From an uncultured Actinomycetota bacterium (GTDB lineage: Bacteria > Actinomycetota > Actinomycetes > Actinomycetales > Microbacteriaceae): DNA of 64,000 nt. Location of the stretch: contig CAWBVS010000019.1 of NCBI GenBank assembly GCA_963792285.1, positions 2,938 through 66,937 on the forward strand. Reading direction: 5' to 3'. The notes under the pieces were generated by a model. That model was not told the DNA's origin. It did no database searches and was given only the letters and a program-made list of their open reading frames with translations. Below are positions 45,195 through 55,569 of the stretch, one piece after another (position 1 is the first letter of the stretch; each line of letters begins with the position of its first letter). A program made the position numbers and the translations under genes.

Positions 45195-47232
45195 ATGTCG
45201 CACCACGAGCACGAGCACGAGCATGATCACGCCCTGGGCAATCCCGATCTGATCCCGGTCCGCGTCGTGGAGCGCGATGCGGTGCGGCACCCGCTCGATC
45301 CGCTGACCGGAGCCGAGATCGACGCGGCGCGTGCGATCCTCGTCGAAGCGGGCCTCCTCGGAGACAGTGTGCGCGTGCCGATGCTGCTGCCGCACGAGCC
45401 GGAGAAGGACGAACTGGAAGCCTGGACGCCCGCTGCCGCCATCGACCGCCGCGTGGATGCGACACTGCTGGATGCCGCAATCCGGTGCCGTATCGGAGGT
45501 CATCGTCTCGATCACCGCAGGCGCTGTTCTCGAGCATCGCGCGCTCGACCCCGCCGCGCCGCCGTACGGCCAGCCCCAGTACCTCTTCGAGGAGTACGAC
45601 CGGGCCGCCGAACTGGTGAAGGCCTCTCCCGAGTGGCGAGCCGCGATGCGACGCCGCGGCCTCGAGAAGCGCATCGACCTGGCTTTCTGCTCACCGCTGG
45701 CGCCCGGCTTCACCGGACGCAGCGACGAGGTCGGACGACGCGTCATCCGCTCGCTGACCTTCCTGCGAGACAGCGAGGACGACATCGCCTGGGCGCATCC
45801 GGTCGAGGGACTCATCGTCCACATCGACCTCATCGAGAACCGGGTGATCCGCGTCGAGGACGAGGGCGACGTTCCCGTTCCGGCCGGGAGCGGAAAGTAC
45901 ACGCCGGACGCGGTGGGTCCGGCGCGACAGAGTCTCAAGCCGATCGAGATCACCCAGCCCGAAGGGCCCAGCTTCCACGTCGACGGCTCGCTCGTCGAAT
46001 GGGAGAAGTGGTCGATGCGCGTGGGCTTCAACGCCCGCGAAGGCCTCGTTCTCAGTGCCGTGACCTTCGACGGACGCTCGGTGCTCACGCGTGGCAGCAT
46101 CCCCGAGATGGTGGTGCCGTACGGCGACACCTCGCCCACGCGCTTCTGGATCAGCTACTTCGACGCCGGCGAGTACCTGCTCGGCAAGAACGCCAATCAC
46201 CTGGAGCTCGGGTGCGACTGCCTGGGCGTGATCCGGTACTTCGACGGCTACGTCGCCGACGACCACGGCCACGCCGTCAAGATCCCCAACGTCGTGTGCA
46301 TGCACGAGGAGGACTACGGCATCCTGTGGAAGCACACCGAGCAGGGGCCGGTCGGCGCGCACGTGCGCCGGTCGCGACGTCTCGTGGTGTCCTATTTCTC
46401 CACGATCGGCAACTACGACTACGGCTTCTACTGGTACTTCTACCTCGACGGCTCGATCCAGGTCGAGGCCAAGGCCACCGGCATCGTGTTCGTCGGCGCG
46501 GGCCTACCAGGGTCGACGAACAGGCACGCGCCCGAAATCGCGCCCGGTGTGTTCGCACCGGTGCATCAGCACCTCTTCTCCGCACGGCTGGACATGGCGG
46601 TCGACGGAGAGGACAACCGGCTCGTCGAGATCGACGCGGCCCGCATCCCGATGGGCGAGGGCAACGAGTTCGGCAACGCATTCACCTGGACCGAGACGCC
46701 ACTGCGCACCGAGCTCGAGGCGCAGCGCGAGGCGGACACGTCGCGCGCCCGGGTCTGGGAGATCCAGAGTGCATCGAAGACGAACTACATCGGAAAGCCG
46801 ACGGCCTACCATCTGCTCCCTCAGCCGACCGCGCTCCTGATGGCCGACCCCGCCTCGACAGTGGCTGCCCGCGCGGCGTTCGCGACCAAGCACCTCTGGG
46901 CGACGGCATACGATCGCGACGAGCGCTGGCCGGGCGGCCGCTACCCCAACGCCCACGAAGGCGGCGCGGGACTGCCCGCGTACACGGCCGGCGACCGCTC
47001 GATCGACGGCGAAGACCTGGTGCTGTGGCACACCTTCGGCCTCACGCACATCCCGCGGCCGGAGGACTGGCCGATCATGCCGGTCGACTACGCGGGCTTC
47101 TGGCTGAAGCCCTACGGCTTCCTCGATGTGAACCCCGCGATGGACGTGCCCGAGTCGAGCCAGGCGCACGCCGGGGCCGACGCGCGGGCCGGCTCATGCG
47201 GCATGGGCGACGACTGCACCTGCGGCACCTGA
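45195..47232 (+). CDS. Copper-containing (TPQ) primary amine oxidase; frameshift near 45479
   Basis: GGAGGA RBS; HPLDPLT; TPQ consensus TIGNYDY; copper ligands HQH and THIPRPEDWP. Confidence 0.93.
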
Positions 47233-47247
47233 GGCGGCACTCGCGAA

Positions 47248-47280
47248 GAAGGGACGGATGCCGCCGGCATCCGTCCCTTC
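47248..47280. terminator. 15-bp stem hairpin between convergent genes
   Basis: GAAGGGACGGATGCC-GCC-GGCATCCGTCCCTTC. Confidence 0.8.
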
Positions 47281-47288
47281 TCGTTCGT

Positions 47289-48773
47289 CTACGCGTAGGG
47301 GTTCGCCGTCAGCGTGTACTTGGTCTGGAGGTACTCGTGGATGCCCTCGGCGCCGCCCTCACGGCCCAGGCCCGACATCTTCCAGCCGCCGAACGGAGCT
47401 GCCGCGTTGGAGACGACGCCGACGTTCAGGCCCATCATCCCGGTCTCGAGCCTGTCGATCATGCGCTGACCGCGTGAGAGGGACTCGGTGAACACGTACG
47501 AGACGAGCCCGTACTCGGTGTCGTTCGCGATCGCGACGGCTTCGTCCTCGGTGTCGAACGGGACGATCGCGAGCACCGGCCCGAAGATCTCCTCGCGCAG
47601 GATGTCGCTGCCGGCCTGAACGTCGGTCAGGACGGTCGCCTCGTAGAACGTGCCGTTGCTGAGTTCGTCGCCGTCGCCGCGCCGGCCACCGGTGAGCACC
47701 TGCGCGCCACGGCCGACGGCGTCGCCCACGAGCTCCTCCGCCTTGGCGACCGCGCGGTCGTCGATGAGCGGGCCGATGATGACGCCGTCTTCGGTGCCAC
47801 GGCCCATCTTGAAGCCCTGCACGCGCTCGGTGACCCGGCGGGCGAACTCGTCGGCGACGTCGCGATGCACGATGAAGCGGTTCGCCGCGGTGCACGCCTG
47901 GCCGATGTTGCGGAACTTCGCCAGGATCGCGCCGTCGACCGCCTTGTCGAGGTCGGCGTCGTCGAACACGACGAACGGCGCGTTGCCGCCGAGCTCCATC
48001 GAGGTGCGCAGCACCCCCTGCGAGGCCTGCTCGAGCAGCTTCTGCCCGACCTGGGTCGAGCCGGTGAACGAGAGCTTGCGCAGGCGCGGATCGCGGATGA
48101 TCGGCTCGGACACGGCGCCCGAGGTCGAGGTCGTGAAGACGTTGACGACGCCCTTCGGGAGACCTGCGTCCTCGAGCAGCTTCGCGAAGTACAGCGTCGT
48201 GAGCGGGGTGAGCTCGGCCGGCTTGATCACGACGGTGCACCCGGCGGCGAGGGCGGGCGCGATCTTTCGCGTGGCCATCGCCAGCGGGAAGTTCCACGGG
48301 GTGATCAGGAAGCACGGTCCGACCGGATGCTGAGAGACGATCATGCGGCCGGTGCCCTCGGGGTTCGCGCCGTAGCGCCCCTGGATCCGCGCGGTCTCCT
48401 CGCTGAACCAGCGCAGGAACTCACCGCCGTACCCGACCTCGCCGCGCGCTTCTGCCAGCGGCTTGCCCATCTCGATCGTCATGAGCAGGGCGAAGTCCTC
48501 CTTGCGCTCCTGCAGCAGATCGAACGCGCGACGCAGCAGCTCGGCGCGCTCGCGCGCGGGCGTCGCGGCCCACGCGGGGAACGCCTCGGCAGCGGCATCC
48601 ATCGCGGCCTTGCCGTCGTCCGGAGACGCGTCGGCGATCTTCTTGACCACGCGACCGGTGGCCGGGTCGAAGACGCGCAGTTGCTTGTCATCCGTCGCAG
48701 CGCGCCACTCGCCGCCGATGAACAGGCCGTCGGGCACGCGCGCCAGAAGTTCGGTCTCGCGGTTGTCGGTCAC
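47289..48773 (-). CDS. gabD: Succinate-semialdehyde dehydrogenase
   Basis: ITPWNFPLAMATRK, SFTGST, MELGGNAPF, KFRNIGQACTAANR, EEIFGP. Confidence 0.9.
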   Translation of the reverse strand: MTDNRETELLARVPDGLFIGGEWRAATDDKQLRVFDPATGRVVKKIADASPDDGKAAMDAAAEAFPAWAATPARERAELLRRAFDLLQERKEDFALLMTIEMGKPLAEARGEVGYGGEFLRWFSEETARIQGRYGANPEGTGRMIVSQHPVGPCFLITPWNFPLAMATRKIAPALAAGCTVVIKPAELTPLTTLYFAKLLEDAGLPKGVVNVFTTSTSGAVSEPIIRDPRLRKLSFTGSTQVGQKLLEQASQGVLRTSMELGGNAPFVVFDDADLDKAVDGAILAKFRNIGQACTAANRFIVHRDVADEFARRVTERVQGFKMGRGTEDGVIIGPLIDDRAVAKAEELVGDAVGRGAQVLTGGRRGDGDELSNGTFYEATVLTDVQAGSDILREEIFGPVLAIVPFDTEDEAVAIANDTEYGLVSYVFTESLSRGQRMIDRLETGMMGLNVGVVSNAAAPFGGWKMSGLGREGGAEGIHEYLQTKYTLTANPYA

Positions 48774-48880
48774 GGGGACTCCTCACGCTCAGGGGATCAT
48801 TGTCATTCTGCCCGCGCACCGTCCTCGGGACGATGTACGGGCCGTACAGCGATGGGGTGGATCTTGTCCAGCGAGGACGG

Positions 48881-50791
48881 TCAGCGGGTGATCGCCGGCT
48901 GCGCCTGCGGTGTGAGGCAGCCCGCGAAGAATGCGGCCAGCTCATCGGTCGCAGCCAGCGGCAGCACCGCCGCGACGTACTGGTCGGGGCGCACCACCAC
49001 GACGACGCCGTCGCGGGACAGCCCGCGCTCGTCGAAGATGTCGGCACTGCTCCAGGCGCTGGGCGCAGCGGCGTAGACCTTCTCCCAGTCGGTGAGACCG
49101 AGCGGACCGGTCCGGGGCAGGAAGAGCGCAGGAACCCGCGTGATCTCGACCTCCTCGAAGCTCTGCTGGTAGATCGCCTTCACGTCGAACACCGCGTCGA
49201 TGTCCGCTCCCGCCGGGGTGTGTCGCGCGATCGGAGATTCGGGCGATGCCATCCAGTCCGCCCACGCGGACATGACCGAGGACTCCCCCGCGGCGGCCGC
49301 GTCGGCGAAGGCGTAGATCCGCCACCGCCCGTCGGCCTTCGCGTGGTGGCCGAGGTGCACGACGTTGCCGTCGCACACGCGGACCACCTCGACGGACTTG
49401 AAGCGCTTGCCGACCGGGAAGCCCGACGCGAGGTCCTGGTGGTCTGCGGCGGCGGTCAGCATCGACGGACCGTACTGCGTCATGAATCCGGACGGGAACT
49501 CGGCCGTGCCCAGGTAGAAGGTCGCGAGCTCGTTGGGGTCGGAGATCTCCTCGGGCTTGCGCGCCATGAGAGAGGACCACTCGCGATCGAAGTCGATGAG
49601 CTGCTGTGCGACGGGCTGACGCTCGGCGGAGTAGGTGGCGAGAAGGGATGCGGGGCTGAGGCCGGTCAGCACGTGCCCGAGCTTCCAGCCGAGATTGAAG
49701 CCGTCCTGCATCGACACGTTCATGCCCTGGCCCGCCTTCGCGCTGTGCGTGTGGCACGCGTCGCCGGTAAGGAACACCCGCGGATCGCGGTCCTCGCCCA
49801 CGGCGACATCGTCGAACTTGTCGGTCACCCGATGCCCGACCTCGTAGACGCTGTGCCAGGCGACCTGCTTCACGTCGATGGAGTACGGGTGCAGGATGCC
49901 GTTCGCCCGGCGGATGACCTCCTCGATCGGGGTCTGCCGCACGCGGTGGTCGTCGTCCTGCGCGACTTCGCCCAGATCGATGTACATGCGACTGAGGTAT
50001 CCGCCCTCGCGCGGGATGTGCAGGATGTTGCCGGCCGAGGAGTTGATCGCGCACTTCGTGCGCCAATCGGGGAAGTCGGTGTTGACCAGCACGTCCATCA
50101 CGCCCCACGCGTGCGCGGCGAAGGCCCCGACGTGCTTGCGGCCGATCGCTTCGCGCACGCCGCTGCGGGCGCCGTCGCATCCGACCACGTACTTCGCCCG
50201 CACCGTGCGCTCCTGGCCTGCGAACGCACCGGCGGAGTGGCGCACCCGGACCTCGACGGGATACTCGCCGTCTGCGTGCACCGTGAGCCCGACGAACTCC
50301 ACGCCGTAGTCGGGCACGATGCGCCCGGGTCCGTGCGCGGCCGCCTCGGCGAAGTAGTCCAGCACCCGCGCCTGGTTGACGATGAGATGCGGGAATTCGC
50401 TGATCTTGAGGGCGTAGTCCTCGGTGCGCGCGGTGCGCACGATGTTGCGCGGATTCTCGGGGTCGGGGCCCCAGAAGTTCATGTACGCGATGTTGTACGC
50501 CTCCGCCACGATGCGCTCGGCGAAGCCGAACGCCTGGAAGGTCTCCACGCTGCGCGGCTGGATGCCGTCGGCCTGCCCCAGCGGGAGGCGGCCGTCGCGC
50601 CGCTCGATGAGGCGCGTGGAGACATCCGGGAACTGCGACATCTGCGCGGCGAGGAGCATTCCCGCAGGACCGGAGCCGACGATGAGCACGTCCATCTCGT
50701 CGGGCAGTTCGACGGGGCGGTCGATGCCGGTGCCGGCGGCATCCTGCACACGCGGGTCTGCCGAGACGTAGCCGTGGTGATGGAACTGCAT
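48881..50791 (-). CDS. Single-component FAD aromatic hydroxylase (phenol 2-monooxygenase / MobA family)
   Basis: GSGPAG, GQADG, VGCDGARS, GDACHTHSAKAGQGMNVSMQD, C-terminal VVVRPDQYV. Confidence 0.9.
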   Translation of the reverse strand: MQFHHHGYVSADPRVQDAAGTGIDRPVELPDEMDVLIVGSGPAGMLLAAQMSQFPDVSTRLIERRDGRLPLGQADGIQPRSVETFQAFGFAERIVAEAYNIAYMNFWGPDPENPRNIVRTARTEDYALKISEFPHLIVNQARVLDYFAEAAAHGPGRIVPDYGVEFVGLTVHADGEYPVEVRVRHSAGAFAGQERTVRAKYVVGCDGARSGVREAIGRKHVGAFAAHAWGVMDVLVNTDFPDWRTKCAINSSAGNILHIPREGGYLSRMYIDLGEVAQDDDHRVRQTPIEEVIRRANGILHPYSIDVKQVAWHSVYEVGHRVTDKFDDVAVGEDRDPRVFLTGDACHTHSAKAGQGMNVSMQDGFNLGWKLGHVLTGLSPASLLATYSAERQPVAQQLIDFDREWSSLMARKPEEISDPNELATFYLGTAEFPSGFMTQYGPSMLTAAADHQDLASGFPVGKRFKSVEVVRVCDGNVVHLGHHAKADGRWRIYAFADAAAAGESSVMSAWADWMASPESPIARHTPAGADIDAVFDVKAIYQQSFEEVEITRVPALFLPRTGPLGLTDWEKVYAAAPSAWSSADIFDERGLSRDGVVVVVRPDQYVAAVLPLAATDELAAFFAGCLTPQAQPAITR

Positions 50792-50846
50792 GAGGGTCCT
50801 CCTCGGACGACGATGTCGAGGTCAGTGCTTGCGCGGTTCGCGAGCG

Positions 50847-50896
50847 TGTTCTATATTCGAACAGACCGTTCTACTACTGAACAGATCGTATACGTT
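50847..50896. promoter_or_regulatory. Two IclR-type boxes (GTTC-N7-GAAC) and one GntR-type box
   Basis: TGTTCtatattcGAACA 50847-50863, CGTTCtactactGAACA 50867-50883, ATCGTATACGTT 50885-50896. Confidence 0.7.
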
Positions 50897-50925
50897 CCGT
50901 CTCGACGTGCGCAAGAGGAGGGGCC

Positions 50926-51630
50926 ATGCCCGCGGCAGTCGTCCCGCCCTCGCAGACGCTGAGTCGCGGCATCCGGATCCTCGAGATCCTCGCCGACGCG
51001 CGCGAGCCGCTGTCGATCGACGCGATCTCGAGGCGCCTCGAGGTTCACCGCTCGGTCGCGTACCGGCTGTTGCGCACTCTCGAGGATCACGGACTCGTCA
51101 CACGGGACGGCTCCGGCCGGATCCAGCTCGGCGCCCGGATGGCCGCGCTGGCCGCCGGTGTGGCGCACGACCTGCAGGCCGAGGCCCTCCCCGAGCTCAC
51201 GGCGGTCGCGAACGAACTCGGCATGACGTGCTTCCTGGTCGTGCTCGATCACGACGAGTGCGTCACGCTCGTGAGCGTCGAGCCGCGGCATGCGGTCGCC
51301 TCGGTGGCGCAGCGACCCGGGACGCGGCATCCGGTCACGGTCGGCGCACCCGGCAAGGCGATCCTGTCGGTGCTCCCGCACGGCGAGTGGCCGGGCGAGG
51401 TGCCGGATCACCTGCGCGACGAGGTGACGGATGCCGCCGCCCGCGGATTCGCCACGAGTCACGACGAGGTCATCCCGAGCCTGCGGTCGGTGTCGGTGCC
51501 GCTGGTCGTGCGCGGCCGCCGCCCGTCGGCGATCGCGGTGGTCTACGTCGCGAGCGCGCACGAGCCCGCGGACATCGCCGCACGCCTGCAGCGGTCGGCG
51601 GCGGTGATCCGCGAGGCGCTCGGCGGTTGA
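50926..51630 (+). CDS. IclR-family regulator
   Basis: SQTLSRGIRILE, HRSVAYRLLRTL, GAPGKAIL; GAGGAGG RBS. Confidence 0.92.
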   Translation: MPAAVVPPSQTLSRGIRILEILADAREPLSIDAISRRLEVHRSVAYRLLRTLEDHGLVTRDGSGRIQLGARMAALAAGVAHDLQAEALPELTAVANELGMTCFLVVLDHDECVTLVSVEPRHAVASVAQRPGTRHPVTVGAPGKAILSVLPHGEWPGEVPDHLRDEVTDAAARGFATSHDEVIPSLRSVSVPLVVRGRRPSAIAVVYVASAHEPADIAARLQRSAAVIREALGG

Positions 51631-51640
51631 GAGGCGCGGT

Positions 51641-51940
51641 CTAGGCGATCTCGTCGACGAGCCGCACGTTGTACTCGGCGACGCGCTGCGGCTGGCCGGC
51701 GAAGGCTTCGGCCCGCGCGTCGGAGGCCATGTAGGTCTTCTCGAGTGCCAGGAACGCCTCCGCGTCGCCGTCGGCGCTGACCGCCCAGACGAACTCGTTC
51801 GTCTCGGGCAGACCGTAGGCGAACTCGATCGCGAAGCCGGCCGCGGGGCGCACGCGCGGCATCCATTCGTTCCACCAGGCGAGGAAGGCGTCGTATTCGC
51901 CGTCGACGAGCGTGTACCTGCGCAGCTGAATCGTCTTCAC
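51641..51940 (-). CDS. NIPSNAP-like small protein
   Basis: MKTIQLRRYTL..GEYDAF, NEFVWAVS. Confidence 0.6.
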   Translation of the reverse strand: MKTIQLRRYTLVDGEYDAFLAWWNEWMPRVRPAAGFAIEFAYGLPETNEFVWAVSADGDAEAFLALEKTYMASDARAEAFAGQPQRVAEYNVRLVDEIA

Positions 51941-52185
51941 CGATCAATCCTCGCACGCGGCCGGATCTGGTTCCGGTCGTCGGATCTCCTGTGACAGAAG
52001 TGAATGGTGATGGCTTCTCGTGGGCGTCCGACGCCGTTGTCCCGACGACCGGCACGCCGCCTATACTCGAACCGTCCGGCAGGTCATGATCCCCGCCGGT
52101 GCTCGGAAAATGGGCACGCAGCCGCCGCACGGCGCGCGAGACACATACGGATCCCTTCTCTTTCCGTCCCGTCTCAGGAGCCTTG

Positions 52186-53840
52186 ATGCCCACTGTTTCC
52201 GCGCACGTCGCCGCGACCCTCGCCCGCCACATCGACCACGTCTTCGGGGTGATGGGCAACGGCAACGCCTACTTCCTCGATGCGCTCGAGCGCTCGACCG
52301 ACGTCGGGTACACCGCCGTGCGGCACGAGGCCGGCGGTGTCGTCGCCGCCGACGCCTACCACCGCGCCGGCGGCGGCCTTGCGGCGGCCACCGCCACCTA
52401 CGGCGCCGGCTTCACGAACACGCTCACGGCGCTGGCCGAAGCGGTGCAGGCGCATGTGCCGCTCGTGCTCGTGGTCGGCGACGAGCCCACCTCCGGTCCG
52501 CGGCCCTGGGACGTCGATCAGATCGCCCTCGCGTCGGCGGTCGGCGCGCGCACGTACACCGTGGGGCGAGCGGATGCCGCGGCCACGACCGTCATCGCGA
52601 TCGAGCACGCCCTGACCTATCGGGTGCCGACCGTGCTCGCGATCCCCTACGACGTCGCGTCCCTCGACGCCGGCCCGGTGCCCGAGGCGCCCGAGCCGCG
52701 GCTGCCCGAGCCGGTCGCCCCGCGCGGCCCGTTCGCGGCGCAGGCGATCCGCGACGCCGCGGCCGCCCTCGCCGCGGCGAAGCGCCCGTTCCTGCTCGCC
52801 GGGCGCGGCGCGTGGATCGCCGGCGCGGGCGAGGCGCTCGGCGCCCTCGCCGACGCGACCGGCGCGCTGACCGCGTCGACGGCGCTCGGCCGCGGCGTCT
52901 TCCCCCGCCCCGAGTTCGACCTCGGGCGTGACCGGCGGATTCGGCGCCGAAGCGGCGATGGAGCTCATCGCGCAGGCCGACGTCGCGGTCGTGTTCGGCG
53001 CGTCGCTCAACCAGTTCACGATGCGCTTCGGGGCGCTCTTCTCTCCCGGCACGCGAGTGATCCAGGTCGATCTCGCGCCGGCCGCCACCCATCAGCACGT
53101 CGGCGCCTACATCCGCGGGCGATGCCGCACTCGTCGCCCGTGCGATCGCCGACGAGCTCGCGACGCTCGGCGCGGCACCCAGCGGGTGGCGGGAGCGCGT
53201 GGATGCGGCATCCGCCCGCACGTACGAACCGGGTGACGCGCTGGCCGCCGACGGGCGCCTCGACCCGCGGTCGGCGGCCGCGCGGATCGCCGAGCTGCTG
53301 CCGGAGGATCGGGTCGTCGTCTCGGACGGCGGGCACTTCATCGGCTGGGCGAACATGTACTGGCCGGTCGCCTCGCCCGACCGGATGATGATGGTCGGGA
53401 CGGCGTTCCAGTCGATCGGTCTGGGCTTTCCGAGCGTCCCCGGGGCGGCGCAGGCGCGGCCCGACGCGACGATCGTGCTCACGACCGGCGACGGTGGCGG
53501 CCTCATGGCGCTGGCCGACCTCGAGTCGGCCGTGCGTGTGGCGGGCGGCCGCGGCCTCGCGGTGGTCTGGAACGATGCCGCCTACGGCGCCGAGGTCAAC
53601 CTCTACGGGCTGAAGGGCCTCGCCGAAGAGCCCATGCTCATCCCCCAGGTCGACTTCGCCGGGGTCGCGCGGGGCTTCGGGGCCGAGGGCGTCGTGGTGC
53701 GTACTCTCGAGGACCTCGACCGGCTCGCGGAATGGACGCGGATGCCGGCATCCGCTCGCCCGTTCCTGCTGCTGGATCTGCGCATCTCGGGTGCGGTGAT
53801 CGCCCCGTACCAGCAGGAGATCATCCGCGTGAACTCGTAG
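52186..53840 (+). CDS. Thiamine diphosphate-dependent enzyme (acetolactate synthase-like fold); frameshifts near 52925 and 53120
   Basis: VFGVMGNGN, VRHEAGG..AADAY, GAGFTN, ThDP motif GDGGGLM...VVWND. Confidence 0.88.
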
Positions 53841-53845
53841 CGCCG

Positions 53846-55356
53846 CTATCCGAGGTGCTCGACGTTCGGCTCCTCCGTGCCGTGCCCGATCCACTTGTAC
53901 GTCTCGGGGCGCGTGCGGCGCAGGACGAGCGCCCACACGACGCCCACCACTCCGGCGACGACGATCAGACCCGGCAGGATGAAGGTCGTCGCGTCGGGTT
54001 GCGACCTGCCCGAGCAGCACGGTGAAGTTCACGACGATCAGCACCAGCACCGTCGTCAGCGCGACGAACGCGAGAATCGGCGCGATCAGGCGCGACCAGA
54101 TGCCGACATCGCGGTGGTCGCGGCGGAAGTAGCCGATCACGGCGAGCGAGACGACCGCCATCAGCAGCACGAGACCCAGGGCCCCGGTGTTGGTCAGCCA
54201 CGTGAACAGCGTCACCACCGGGAAGAGCACTCCGAGCTCTGAGCCGGCTGCCCGCGATCGCGAAGATCACGACCACGACCAGCGCGAGGACGGTCTGGGT
54301 GACCGACCCCGCCCACGGGGCGCCGGTGCGCTCACGCACCCGGGACAGACCCGAGGGCAGCACTCCCTCGCGGCCGAGGGCGAAGAAGTACCGGGCGACG
54401 GCGTTGTGGAAGCTCACGAGCGCGGCGAACAGGCTCGTGATGAACAGGATCGACATGAAGTCGACCATGATCGGGCCGAGGGCGGCGTAGACGAAGTTGA
54501 AGAAGAGCGGCGGACCGGCCTCCTCGAGGGTGATGCCTCCCGAGGCGATCTTCTCCGGACCGATCGCAAGCGCCAGCGCCCACGACGAGAGCGCGTAGAA
54601 CACGCCGATGATGATGACCGCGGCGAAAGTCGCGCGGGCGACGGTGCGCTTGGGGTCCTTCGCCTCTTCGCTGTAGATCGCCGCCGACTCGAAGCCCATG
54701 AAGGCGGCGATGCCGAAGACGAGGACGGCCCCGAGGCCGGGCAGCAGCAGCGACGTCGGCGAGATCGGCGCTGCCGTGAAGCCTTCGGCGGGGTTGGCGA
54801 ACGCAGCGACGTCGAAGATGATGACCGCGACGAATTCCAGCAGCACCAGCACGCCGAGCACCTTCGCGGACAGGTCGACGCGGTTGACGCCGAGCGCCGC
54901 GACGATCGCGATGCAGATGATGATGCCGACCCACCACGGGATGTCCCAGCCGAACTTCTCGGCGAGGAAGATCGACACCTGGAAGCCGAAGATGCCGTAG
55001 ATGCCGATCTGCATGCAGTTGTAGGCGACGAGGGCGATCAGGGAGACGCCGACTCCCACCGGACGCCCGATCCCCTGCGAGGCGTAGGAGTAGAACGCGC
55101 CGGCATTCGTGATGAAGCGGCTCATCGCCGCGTACCCGACGGCGAAGACCGCGAGGATCACCGCGAGGACGATGTAGCCGACCGGGACGGCGATCGAGCC
55201 GGTGACCGAGAAGGCGGTGGTCGCCCCGCCCGCGATCACGGTGAGGGGTGCGGATGCCGCGATGATGATCATCGTGATCGCCGGTGCACCGAGGTGGCGG
55301 CGGTCGTGAGTGTCCGCTGTCGGCGGCGCTGCCGCGCTGAGGGAACTCGCGCTCAT
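53846..55356 (-). CDS. APC-family amino acid/amine permease; frameshifts near 54250 and 54000
   Basis: AASAPLTV, NAGAFYSY, FMGFESAAIYSEEAKDP, ARYFFALGREG; reading continues to NVEHLG stop at 53846. Confidence 0.9.
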
Positions 55357-55408
55357 GTGAACTCCAGTGTTGAGTCGGGTGCGCAGGGATTCGGCCCGCG
55401 CTCCAGAC

Positions 55409-55471
55409 ATGCTCGCGCGGCAGGACCGCCGGAGGTTGACCGTCAGCGCACGTCGGTTGCCGGTTCAGGCA
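55409..55471 (-). promoter_or_regulatory. AraC-type tandem site and -10 for the permease
   Basis: Minus strand TGCCT-N5-GGCAA and TGCGC-N5-GTCAA at 21-bp period, then 21 nt, then GAGCAT. Confidence 0.6.
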
Positions 55472-55523
55472 GGAAAGCCGACCAGCCCTTCGCACACGGG
55501 CACGTCGGTGATAGAGTGAGCGG

Positions 55524-55535
55524 ATCGTATACGAT
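55524..55535. promoter_or_regulatory. Perfect GntR-type palindrome upstream of the AraC gene
   Basis: ATCGTATACGAT. Confidence 0.7.
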
Positions 55536-55569
55536 GCCGTGCGATTACCCGCCCACGACGAGGTGTGCA

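Noticed and set aside
52076-52100. SAM-IV riboswitch suggested by CAGGTCATGA
   Set aside because: The downstream SAM-IV core (GGCAACCC, GGGGTGC, GAAGACC) is absent.
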